This document shows, in pieces, positions 1 to 11,699 of a DNA stretch of 64,000 nucleotides; the stretch's first letter is position 1, and each line of letters starts with the position of its first letter. This DNA comes from Mobula hypostoma. Its lineage: Eukaryota. Under the pieces are notes generated by a model. That model was not told the DNA's origin. It ran no database searches and was given only the letters and a program-made list of their open reading frames with translations. Position numbers and translations under genes: made by a program. The stretch is from NCBI RefSeq assembly GCF_963921235.1, contig NC_086097.1:154878001-154942000 (forward strand), read 5' to 3'.

Positions 1-1377
1 TCCGGGTAATTATAGACCAGTGAGCCTTACATTTGTGGTGGGAAAGCTGTTGGAAAAGATTCTTAGAGATAGGATCTCCAGGCATTTAGAGAATCATGGT
101 CTGATCAGGGACAGTCAGCATGGCTTTGTGAAGGGCAGATCATATCTAACAAGCCTGATAGAGTTCTTTGAGGAAGTGACCAGGCATATAGATGAGGGTA
201 GTGCAGTGGATGTGATCTATATGGATTTTAGTAAGGCATTTGACAAGGTTCCGCACGGTAGGCTTATTCATAAAGTCAGAAGGCATGGGATCCAGGGAGG
301 TTTGGCCAGGTGGATTCAGAATTGGTTTGCCTGCAGAAGGCAGAGGGTGGTGGTGGAGGGAGTACATTCAGATTGGAGGACTGTGACTAGTGGTGTCCCA
401 CAAGGATCTGTTCTGGGACCTCTACTTTTCGTGATTTTTATTAACGACCTGGATGTGGGGGTAGAAGGGTGGTTGGCAAGTTTGCAGATGACACAAAGGT
501 TGGTGGTGTTGTAGATAGCGTAGAGGATTGTCAAAGATTGCAGAGAGACATTGATAGGATGCAGAAGTGGGCTAAGAAGTGGCAGATGGAGTTCAACCCG
601 GAGAAGTGTGAGGTGTACACTTTGGAAGGACAAACTCCAAGGAAGAGTACAAAGTAAATGGCAGGATACTTGGTAGTGTGGAGGTGCAGAGGGATCTCGG
701 GGCACATGTCCACAGATCCCTGAAAGTTGCCTCACATGTGGATAGGGTAGTTAAGAAAACTTATGGGGTGTTAGATTTCATAAGTCGAGGGACAGAGTTT
801 AAGAGTCGCGACGTAATGATGCAGCTCTATAAATCTCTGGTTAGGCCACACTTGGAGTACTCTGTCCAGTTCTGGTCACCTCACTATAGGAAGGATGTGG
901 AAGCATTGGAAAAGGTACATAGGAGATTTACCAGGATGCTGCCTGCTTTAGAGAGTATGCATTATGATCAGGGATTAAGGGAGCTAGGGCTTTACTCTTT
1001 GGAGAAAAGGAGGATGAGAGGAGACACGATAGAGGTGTACAAGATAATAAGAGGAATAGATAGAATGGATAGACAGCACCTCTTCCCCAGAGCACCACTG
1101 CTCAATACAAGAGGACATAGCTTTAAGGTAAGGGGTGAGAAGTTCAAGGGGGATATTAGAGGAATGTTTTTTACTCAGAGAGTGGTTGGTGCGTGGAATG
1201 CACTGCCTGAGTCAGTGGTGGAGGCAGATACACTAGTGAAGTTTAAGAGACTACTAGACAGGTATATGGAGGAATTTAAGGTGGGGGGTTATATGGGAGG
1301 CAGGGTTTGAGGGTTGGCACAACATTGTGGGCCGAAGGACCTATACTGTGCTGTACTATTCTATGTTCTATGTTCTA
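1..1377 (+). mobile_element. CR1 LINE, 3' part of ORF2 (RT to C-terminus) plus 3' UTR; young subfamily 'A', frameshifted; runs off the window start
   Basis: ORFs 20-514, 469-657 and 678-1310 give [38 protein letters not shown] and end GGYMGGRV; (CTATGTT)n tail near 1360-1377; near-identical to the element at 31766-35995. Confidence 0.95.
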
Positions 1378-3649
1378 AAGAAAGAAAACCAGAGGTCCAC
1401 GTCAGGAAAATTTGAGGGTTGGTCCTCTAAGTGTTGCAGCTTTGGGGGAATCGTGGTGGTAAAACATGGTTGTTCTGTGAATAAACAAGAACTACTTCTT
1501 ATCAGACTAGCAAGGTTCAACATTTCACAAAAAGTGAGCAGTGTGTGTTGCATTACTGTAAATGTTATTTGGAAAAGGATTTACAGCAAAAAGCGAGAAC
1601 AAGTGTCTTACTGAAAAAGAAAGAGATGAATTTCCCACCAAGCAATAAGACACCCAAAAATATGCATAAAATTGCTGTCCTGCAGGTGAACCAGATTTTC
1701 AGCAGGATAATAACATTTTTTTGGGACTTGCGTGCAATCTGGTGAGCTTAATTGATTTGTAGAGAGCAAATGATACTAAGATAATTGTTAACTGTTCTTA
1801 AAATAAAATTACTAAAGACCAAGTTCATGAAATCCAAATCACTCAAATAATATATACTGTACTTCAAATTTTCTTCCATGATGGGCAAAGATTTTGGGAG
1901 CATGGAAGTACTGAAGGACAAGTTTAATGGATCATGTTGACTTTTCTTACATATAAAGAAAAGGGGTCCAGAATCTATGCTGTTCAAGAAGGGAACTCAC
2001 GTGAGGAATTCAGTCCAAGCAGCAGAAAACAAAACCTAGGAACCTAATCAATTGATACCTGTTTAGCCATGTTTAAGAGGCTTGCTGAATAACTTCACAA
2101 ACAGAAATCAACCAGAGATATGACAGAGGAGAAAATAAAGGGTTCTTGTACTAAGAACAATATCCTTGTCCAGAAATCACACTACACTTATTTTAGTGTG
2201 CTAAAGGATGCCTGTGTTTAGTGCTAACATATAATCAGGTTTCTGGCACAAAAAAAGTACATAATTGGCCAAAATCCACATTGAAACAGAATTAGAGTTG
2301 TTTTTCAAATGGAAACAATTGCTAAAAAATAGGAAGTAATATGCTTTCTGACAGGATTTTAGCCAATTTCCTGATGCATTCTGTATGGAGAAGGGCATCA
2401 GCCCTGAAAGATGTACTCCTATGGTGACCAAAGGCTATGTTTGGGCAATGCGGCTGCCACTGAAAGAACAATGGATTCAAGACAGAGCGAGATAGGACCA
2501 TGCATTTGATGAGATGTATGTCAAGAGGAAAGTCCTGTGGGTGGAAAAGTCAGCAGACCACCATAAAAAGTTGGCTATCACAGGAATTGTGCAATGCGAT
2601 CTGTACATCAATTCTTGTATCTGCAAAATGGAGCTCCTTTGAGAAAATGTATATCATGTAAAGCTATAGGTTCTTTATGCAGAGTGTCATACATCAGGAA
2701 ATACAGACATTATTTCCCCTAAAGCCAAGCTATTTCATTAAGGGTTAAGTAACACATGTTACACAAATACTTAGGTTGCTCGCCGTGTGTCTAAGACAAA
2801 GAAAACAGCAAGTGTGCTTAACTGAAGGTCTGGACCGATTTTTGTGTCGAGCATGATTTCACAGAGAGGCAATGACCTGTGTGATCCACTTAAGCTAAAA
2901 CTGAAATTGGATCATGTGATACCCAAAAAAACAAGCCTTATGTCGTCTGATTTCGAGACTTCTGCATTTTATTCTGTTCCACAGGAGAGGCGAGTTTCAA
3001 ACATATTCAGAGAGGCAGGCTTTGCCAACTGTGGATGAAGCTGAGTTGTGCGAATGAGCTTAGGAACGTAGGTGGAAACTGAGACACTAAAGGCATAATA
3101 ATAATTTAGCTCAAGGCTCGTCCACTATAGAAAATTTAAACTGTAGGAGAGAAACCATTTTAGGAGATGCACTGTCTGCTTTGAATTAGATAAGGTTACA
3201 GATATATAAGAACAGAGCTTTTGAGGAGTGGTTTAAGAAGTATAAGAATTACAGACAAAAATTACATACACTAAAAACATGAGATAAGGATTTCACCTGA
3301 TGGCGCAACTAGAAGTACTGAGTGGTGATACTATTATTTGATATGAGAATAAACAACAGAGGGATTACATACTGTATAAAGCAAATGTGAAGAGAAGAGG
3401 GAAAGAGATTTTTTTAAAGAATGGGTTGATTACAAAAGCCATGAAAGCAATTGGCAAAATAGAAGCAGAAGTGATTTGGAATAGTTGACAATAGGGTAAA
3501 CTGGGTGACTGAATGATCTGGAGCTGATTTACAATTTTATTGCCTGATCTTTTCAATGATTAATTTCATAGACATACTTAAGGCTGACATATTGTTAATC
3601 TTTTTGTCTATCTGAATGATTTGGAAGATGGTCAAAAAAGCGGACTTCA

Positions 3650-4608
3650 ATAAATGGTTAATGAATTTGCGAAAAGTATCTAACGATAAAATTAAAGGTG
3701 CATGGGAACTGGAATTTTGAGAGTCACTTTCAGATAATCAATGGGATAAAATTTTTCATTTGGTAAATACTTCATCTATTTGTGCCCGTCATTCCTTGAT
3801 ACAGTTCAAGGTAGTATACCGGGCACATATGTCAAAGGATAAATTAGCCTGTATTTTTCCTAATATTAATCCTACTTGTGACAGATGCAATATTGAGCTG
3901 GCTACTTTAACTCATATGTTTTGGTCTTGTATCAAGATAGATAACTTTTGGAAAGATGTCTTTAAAACTTCATCAAAAGTTTTGAATTTGGACATAAAAC
4001 TGAATGTATTTACAGCAATTTTTGGGATCATTCCACCAGAAGCAGGATATGTTCCTATTTCTGCTCAATGGATTATAGCATTTACAACTTTATTGGCTAG
4101 GAGAGCCATTTTGCTTAAATGGAAGGACTCTAATCCACCTACTGTTTTCTGTTGGCTTTCCTCCATTATGTCCTAAGTTTAGAGAAAATAAGAAGTCAGA
4201 CATTTGATACATCCTTTAAATTTGAAGAAATCTGGTGACCTTTTATTCAATATTTTCATATGGTTTGATCTATTGCTCTCCCAGTTACTCTCTCAAAACT
4301 TTGGATTTGATCAGAAAGTTTTTCTTTCTTCTTACTTTACTCTAAATATGGGCTGCCCAGTCCCTTACTTTTTTTTCCTTTTTTTTCTTTTTCATTATTT
4401 TTTGTTTTTGTTTACAGAGAATAGTATTTTTGTTCCTATATATAAAATTATAAAAGTTTCTTTTTTCTCTTTTATGAAATGATAAGAGGAGTATGCTTAT
4501 TTTACCTTTTATATGTATTGTTATCTATATAGATTTCTGAGATAATCCTCCTCTTGTTCATATATATGCACTTTTTAAAAAATCAATAAAAAGATTGAGA
4601 AAGAAAAG
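3650..4608 (+). mobile_element. 5'-truncated L1/Tx1-clade LINE (ORF2 C-terminal zinc knuckle, 3' UTR, A-rich tail)
   Basis: ORF 3760-4176 has CDRC..LTHMFWSC and ARRAILLKWK; AATAAA at 4585-4590; A-rich tail; TSD AAAAAAGC(G/A)GACTTCA at 3634-3649 and 4609-4624. Confidence 0.88.
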
Positions 4609-4639
4609 AAAAAAGCAGACTTCATAAACAACAATACAC

Positions 4640-4862
4640 ATATACAATACAAGATGAACTCAGTAGATGAGGCATCTAAGGATAAGAATTAATAGTCAAA
4701 ATTTTGGGCCATGATCTTTCATCAGCACTGATAAAGCAGTCCTGATGAAGGTCTCAACCTAAAATATTGACTGTTCATTTTCCTCCATAGATGCTGCTTG
4801 GCTTGCTGAGCGCCTCCAACATTTTCAGCGTGTTGCTCCTGATTTCCAGCATCTATATTCTT
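4640..4862. mobile_element. Degenerate palindromic Penelope-like terminal fragment with decayed hammerhead motif
   Basis: CAGTCCTGATGAAGGTCTCAACCTAAAATATTGACTG at 4737-4773 and GATGCTGC..GCTGAG..TTTCCAGCATCT match the Penelope 3' ends at 20420-20555 and 59389-59525; an inverted partial copy lies upstream. Confidence 0.65.
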
Positions 4863-4877
4863 GTGACCACATAAATA

Positions 4878-6764
4878 CAGTGCCTATAAAAAAGTATTCA
4901 CCCCCCCCCCAGAAGTTTTCATGTTTTATTGTTTTACAACATTGGATCACAATGGATTTAATGACACTTGTTTGACACTGATCAATAGAAGAGTCTCTTT
5001 TGTCTTAAAGTGAATTACAAAATTGGTCAAAATGTATTACAATTATTATACACAAAATAATTGATTGCATAATTACTTACCCCTTCAAGTCATTATTTAG
5101 TAGATGCATTTTTACCAGCAATTACAGCCTTGAGTCTATGTGGATAGGTCTCTATCAACTTTGCACATCTAGACACTGCATTTTTTCCCCCTTGTTCTTT
5201 ACAAAACTGCTCAAGCTCTGTCAGATTGCATGGGGATTGTGAATGAACAGCCGTTTTCAAATCCAGCCACTGAACTCTGTTTTGCCACTCCAGGTCATTA
5301 ATTTTATTATTTTTAAGCCATTCCTGTGAAACTTGGCTTTATGCTTGGGATCATTGTCTTGCTGGAAAACCAATCTTCTCCCAAGTCGCGGTTCTTTTGC
5401 AGACTGCATCAGGTTTTCCTCAAGGATTTCCCTATATTTAACTGAATTAATTTTATCCTCTACCTTCACAAGCCTGATGATCCAGCCACCACCATGCTTC
5501 ATGGTAGAGATAGTGTGTTTTTGATGATGTGCAGTGTTTGGTTTACACCAAAGATAGTATTTAGTCTGATGGCCAAAAAGCTCAATTTTGGTTTCATCAA
5601 ACCATAGAACTTTCTTCTATCTGACTTCAGAGTCTCCTACATGCCTTCTGGCAAACTCTAGATGAGATTTCATGTGAGTTTTCTTTAAAACAGTGACTTT
5701 CTCTTCACCACTCTCCGATAAAGCTGTGACTGATGAAGCATCTGGGCAACATTTGTATATGCAGACCTTCCCATCTCAGCCACTGAAGCTTGTAACTCCT
5801 CCAGAGCTGGCCTCACATGCTAGTCTCCTTCTTGCATGGTCACTCAGCATTTGAGGATGGCCTTCTTTAGGCAGATTTACAGCTGTGCCATATTTGAAAC
5901 ATAGAAATGTAGAAAACCTACAGCACAACACAGGCCCTTCGGCCCACACTGCTGTGCCAAACATGTACTTGCTTTAGAAATTACCTAGGGTTACCCATAG
6001 CCCTCTATTTTTCTACCAACTTCCACCAATGTACTAGGATATCATTGCATAATTTTTACTATGTGGAACAAAATGCTTCTCTGCTCCATTATGTATTACA
6101 CCACCTTCCTGCTGATCACAAGTCTGAACTGTTTAGAAACCTTATCAGATTTTTTGTACATTCTCTCCTCTGTGACATTCCTATTGGGCTCAGTAACATC
6201 AGCAAACTATGTTACTCTTTGTGCATTTTATCAAGGCTTTACTATAGTTTGTAAATAGCTCAGCTCAGATTCTTCTTGCATCTAGCTAATAATGGCTGTG
6301 CCATATTCTTCCCATTTCTTGATGATTGATTTTACTGTACTCCAAGGAATATTCAGTGTCTTGGAAATGTTCTTGTATCCATCTTCTGACTTGTGCTTTT
6401 TTATAACCTCTTTGTGTAGTTGCTTGGAGTGTTGTTTTGTCTCCACAGTATAGTTTTTGCCAGGAAACAGGCTCACCAGCAGTTGCACCTTCCAGATACA
6501 GGTGTGTTTTTACTACAATCAATTGAAACACCAGTGATGATTTGGTGTGTCATATTAAAAGGAGTGGATTTTTATGCAAACAATTATTTTGTGTTTTATA
6601 TTTGTAATTAATTTAGATCACTTTGTAGAGATCCATTTTCACTTTGACAAGAAAGTCGTTTTCTATTGATCAGTGTCAAAAAAGCCAAATTAAATCCACT
6701 TTGATCCGATGTTGTATAACAATAAAACATGAAATCTGCCCGGGGGGGGGGTGAATAGGCGCTG
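4878..6764 (-). mobile_element. Tc1/mariner DNA transposon, defective transposase, interrupted by an insertion at 5895-6294
   Basis: TA-flanked long TIRs (CAGTGCCTATAAAAAAGTATTCACCCC at 4878; GGGGTGAATA..GGCGCTG ending 6764); minus ORFs give GYKNISKTLNIPWSTVKSIIKKW (HTH) and KHGGG..FQQDNDPKH (DDE). Confidence 0.93.
5895..6294 (-). mobile_element. CR1 3' end (about 5897-6018) fused to about 275 bp of heterologous sequence, inserted in the Tc1 with a 13-bp TSD
   Basis: TSD GCTGTGCCATATT at 5882-5894 and 6295-6307 (transposase YGTA codons duplicated); tail matches CR1 ends at 21957 and 28181. Confidence 0.8.
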
Positions 6765-7288
6765 TAAGTTAACCTACGCCTGAATAAGCGCTGTAATAGG
6801 CGCTGCAAGTTAACCCACACCTGAAGTAAAGTAAAGGAGACTGATACAGTTACAAACTGAGCTGGAGAGTGCTGGAAAAGGCAGAGTACTGGAAAATAAG
6901 CAGTTATACAATCATTTTGGTCAAGACAGTCAATTTTTAATTCCTGTTATAACTGTTATGTTCTCTCCTTTATTAATTTATCAAAGTTACCGCAACTAAG
7001 CATTGTGTGAAATACTGTAGCATATACTGTGAATTCTGGTTAATTAGGACACATTGGGAACCGGTACATTTTGGCCCAGTTAAGCAGCTGCCACAATTAG
7101 CCACAGTTTCATGAAACCAGATAAAAAGTGTAAAAAAGGACAAACTACCATTTAACTAAGTAAGGAGATATGTATTTGAATGAAATACAGACAAATTAAA
7201 ACACTATCAATACTACTACAGTACTATAAAACTGTATTAGTTCCTTATAGTTATCAACAAAGGAAATTATCCAGTGTACGCTTTCTTT

Positions 7289-7909
7289 TCACAACATTGC
7301 ATCCAGATATAATCGTATGGTCTGACACCAGTAGAGAAGTGGTTATTGGTGAACTCACAGTCCCCTGGGAAGACAACATCGATGAAGCCCATGAGCGCAA
7401 GTTAACCAAGTATGTAGAATTAAGATCAGAGTGCAGAGACAGAGGGTGGAAGGTCTCATGCTATCCATTCGAAGTAGGCTGCCGTGGGTTTATTGCATTC
7501 ACTTTCCAGAAGCGGCTGCGTGACCTTGACTTCACTAGAAGAGAGATCAAGTCAACCAGTAGGGCTGTAGCTGAGGCAGCAGAGAAAGGATCAGCATGGG
7601 TGTGGACCAAGTATGTCAAGAGGGGCAGATAGTCAGACAGTGTATACATATCTTGCAAACCCTTCAAACCCTGAAGAGCAGACTATCTGGTGGATGGAAG
7701 TGACCAACAACTCTGATAGAGGCAGATGCCAAGTTTTTAAGCTCACCAGTGGGAGGTGGTGCTTTAGCACTGCTGGCCCACCCGCTCCAGGGAGTCTTGA
7801 TCATAAGCGGGCCGAAACTCCTGAAGACAGGTGGCAGATCAACTGATGATCCCACTGGTGACAGCACAGGACAGTTAACATCTTAGTCCACGTGTATTTT
7901 GTAACTCCG
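7289..7909 (+). mobile_element. 5'-truncated HERO-type (R2 superfamily) non-LTR element: restriction-like endonuclease C-terminus plus 3' UTR
   Basis: PDIIVWS..VVIGELTVPWEDNIDEAHERKLTKY..YPFEVGCRGF..AAEKGSAWVW in ORF 7180-7632; 15-bp TSD GTGTACGCTTTCTTT at 7274-7288 and 7910-7924. Confidence 0.88.
7743..7861 (+). ncRNA. Structured RNA in the HERO 3' UTR containing hammerhead core motifs in permuted order (candidate ribozyme)
   Basis: Stems 7743-7754/7850-7861 (12 bp, perfect), 7775-7779/7809-7813, 7791-7794/7818-7821 and 7797-7802/7837-7842; GTC 7794-7796, GAAA 7814-7817, CTGATGA 7843-7849. Confidence 0.5.
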
Positions 7910-8733
7910 GTGTACGCTTTCTTTAGATTGATTTTAAATGAAAAGTCAGCATAGACACTCGTGTAGATAATATAATCCCAGCAGACAATTCTACCGACAA
8001 CTGCATCCTCCAACTCTTTATTTTCATTGTAACATTCAAGAGGATTGTCAATACATTCAGATTTTGCACATTTCCTAACTTGAAGTAGTGAAATCATTTT
8101 ATTTTCACTCCCAGCCACTCCTGGCAACTCCAAGCCTGAATGTTTAAAACTGCTTTGAGCAAAACAGTTCTGAATTGTCTTACTGCTTACAACTGTCTTA
8201 CTGTTTACTTCTCACCTAGTATCAATGACAGAAATCCCTGCCTTTTGAACACAATCACATGCAACAGACTCTGTTTAAAGACTGTTCTCTCTAAGCATGC
8301 TACAGAGCCTAATGACCACACAAATGCATATATTTGGCACCAGTTAGAAACTACTTGCCACAATCTCCTGCTCCAATTACATGGCATAGCGTCCCAAATG
8401 AATGAATGGAATCCCAGCAATTTTCTCAGTTTTTATACTTTAAGAGTTGTCCCAAATAAGCAACTGCCCTGATTAACTGATGGCCCAATTAACCAGAATC
8501 CACTATATGTTATAAAAAAACACATATGCCTGACAATGAGTTAGCTCAGTAACTCAACCTAGCGATTATTGAAGCCAATAAAACTTCCCAACGTAATTAC
8601 TGTTTTTGCACTTTTGGGACACCATTATTATCCTACACCCAACTGTTAAAAACTATTTATACTTAAGAAATAATTACCGGTGTTATTCAGATAGTTAAAG
8701 AGCAATTCAGGAAACTATGATGTTTGTTCTTAC

Positions 8734-8787
8734 CTTTTCACCCTTCTCACCTGGTGGACCTGCCTCTCCTTTAATACCAGGGTCACC
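8734..8787 (-). CDS. COL22A1: Collagen XXII alpha-1 exon, 54 nt, GDPGIKGEAGPPGEKGEK
   Basis: ttctag acceptor, gtaaga donor, six perfect Gly-X-Y triplets, phase 0-0. Confidence 0.92.
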
Positions 8788-11699
8788 CTAGAAGCCAGAA
8801 AGAAGGATCATTAAAGCAATGATGAAAATCAACGAATCTCCTCTCGTACAGCAATCAGAAATTTACAAAGAATGTAGTTTGATTCTTTACACTTACAAGA
8901 TTTACGTATCATTTCCTTCTGAGACACACCATCTGATAGAAATATTTTGATTTGCCATTTAAAAATGTATCAAAGCACTAATCAAAATATTATTTTTGCA
9001 ATGGAACAAATGTTGTTCTGAAGTACTCATTCCACATGATGAATTTGCACTGTGAATACCTTGCTGTATATGCTGAATCATTAGTATTGCGGAGGACACT
9101 GAAAGAGTTTCAGATAGCCTATGCACCATTAATATCCACCTTTGAGTACAGACAGCAGTTCAGATTGAAGGGTCTCTCATAAAAATCACACATCTAGCAT
9201 CAGTACACCTGCTGTAGTGTAGTAGAACTTTAATCTAATTTATGTGCCCAACTTGAGGGAGAGGGAAAAAAATCCTGGTCATTTGCAAACATAATTGGTG
9301 ATTGCAAAATTAGACTGATGAAGAAAGAGGTGCTTGCTTTATTGAGATTAAAGCCAAAATCACAGCATTCTGAAACCATCAAGTTTGAATATCAAAAGAC
9401 GGAGGAATACTAAATCTGGAATCTACAATCTGAAAGAGAAAAAAATTCACAGTACCATGTAGTAAATATGCATTTGCTGTCGTAGAAATAAGTATCAAGT
9501 CTAGGTCAGTTTCGCCTCAATGATTATCCTCAGAAAGTTAATGATAATGGTTTGATGATAGTTATACAGCTGAATGGCAAGAAAAATACTGGTGTTCCTC
9601 TAGTAGGTCATATCATACCACTTGTGAAAATAGGAGTGATTGTAGTCAAAATGCTGCTAAGGTCTTGCTATATGCATACATGGCCTGCCATTCAATCTGA
9701 CCCATGATCACATGGAATAGGATTTTCAGTTGAAATGATGGTGAGTCAAATGTGCTCTGATGGAATATCCAGAGAGTGCATTATTTCATCATCTTAATTT
9801 TATTTCCTGCTGCTCCTTAATCCCCAGAGTTTCTTTTCCCCATTATACCTGTTGTTTTGCTGTGGGCAAGAACTGTGGCCAGATTATGAAGAATGACAAA
9901 GTGGCGGTACTTTCAGACAGCAGAACATTCCAAGGCAGGTCCAGGCTTTGACAGAGAGCATTAATAGTTAACCCAGCAATATTCAAGGTTCTCGGATTCT
10001 AATATCATCAGGACCTTCTCGAATCTGTACATGAATTGAGTGGGTAATATTTGACCTCCAAGTACCAGCCATTGATCCATTGGACAAAATGTGGCAGCCG
10101 CAGAAGATAACCCAAGGATCTGTAAACTTCCCAAACCTATGACATTTAACATCTACATTTTATGATGTGGTTAAAACAAATTTATAAATGTGGGGAGAGA
10201 CAGATCTTACTCTTCCTGATTGGCCCAAGCCTCATGTGGAGACACAATTGTACAGTTTACCACGTCCTGAAACATGATGAAGGTCATTATATCAGTGGAT
10301 TTTATTGCCCACTGTGCTCTACTGAATGAGGAGGTGAGTTCCCCACTTTTTAAATGGAAAACTTCATTAAGTCCTTTGTTAATTCCATTAAGTCTTTGTA
10401 TTTACTGAACTGCATAGGGGATTATCCCAAAGTCACTCTATGACCGGAATTCTTACTGCATCTGATAACAGGTCTCACTAATCCTGAAAGATCTTAATTT
10501 CTGCAAAGTGGACCTGGGTCCATTCCTATGATGTAGACACCTTTCTAGCTTCAGCCATCTCCTTCAGTCACTTCTGGAATAGCAGACTTATCTTCAGGCC
10601 TTTGTGCAAAAGGCAACTTTCAATTAACCATAACATCAAATATCCACAATAAGCTCAGCATGGTTCTGCATCAGATACACAGGCTTCTTGTACATGGTTT
10701 ACAATTTGTCGTAGGTATATATTTGTGCAGCAATTAGGCAAAACAGGTACCAAATCTGTATTGTCCAATGATTAGCACCACCAATTGTTTATACTTGAGC
10801 TCCTCTATGCATATTTCTGCCATACACTCACAACACAATCTCAGAACTTAATTTGAAAGGTACTGGCTAGAATTGTAATTCATGTTGGCATCTATAGTGT
10901 GCATGTTGTGGTAAGGCATGAGTTAAAGACAATGTCCAGGCAAAGATAGCCCAGGGCACTTTTAGTCAAGGGAAACCTTTGGAATGAGACTGACTGAGCC
11001 AACTTTGCCCATTGCAGAGAGAAGCAAAGGTGACAGCGGCAATGTATAGTTAAGCTGAAGAGTGAGGCCTCTGTAGTGAGACTTTTCTAGAAACCTCTTC
11101 CTAAAATATAACATCCCTTTACATAATATGGGATGCCAGAGACAGATGAGATAGGAATAATGGAAGGATGTGAAATACACCCAACAACTAAGGAACAATT
11201 GCTGTATTAACTTCCAAATATCATCGGCTGTCAGCATGACGTTTTGATTGATTTTTAATATCTCTGTTGTGAATGGTGATTGATCTTGCAAGTAAGGAAT
11301 TCAATCATATACAATTTACCAAATGGTCAATGTCTGTAACTGATAAGCCAATTCTGTATAAAAATAGCAGTTTTCTGTTCAGACTTCAGAACAGTGTGTG
11401 TGACAAGAGCCCATGCTGTGCTCCTTGTGCACATGTAAAATAATAAGAATTTTTTAGTTGTAAAAGTATGTGTATTCTGGGCCCAGTTATTTTATTATCA
11501 GTGACGACAATAGGGCCATAGTAAATAATGCAACATGATTCAATTTCTAGGTGATTATGTTTGTTCTGTGATTAATTGGTACAATTATTGGTTTGCCAAG
11601 TCATTTCAAGAGCAATTAAGATCATTTATATGTTGTAGGTTTAAAACAACATACAGGCAAAAAGAGATAAGGATACCAATTTTGTTTCCCAAAAATATT

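Larger units (their letters stand above)
7027..8505. mobile_element. Tigger/pogo-like non-autonomous DNA transposon, interrupted by a HERO LINE
   Basis: TA-flanked inverted termini CTGTGAATTCTGGTTAATTAGG and CCCAATTAACCAGAATCCACTA, with subterminal repeats of the TIR motif. Confidence 0.7.
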
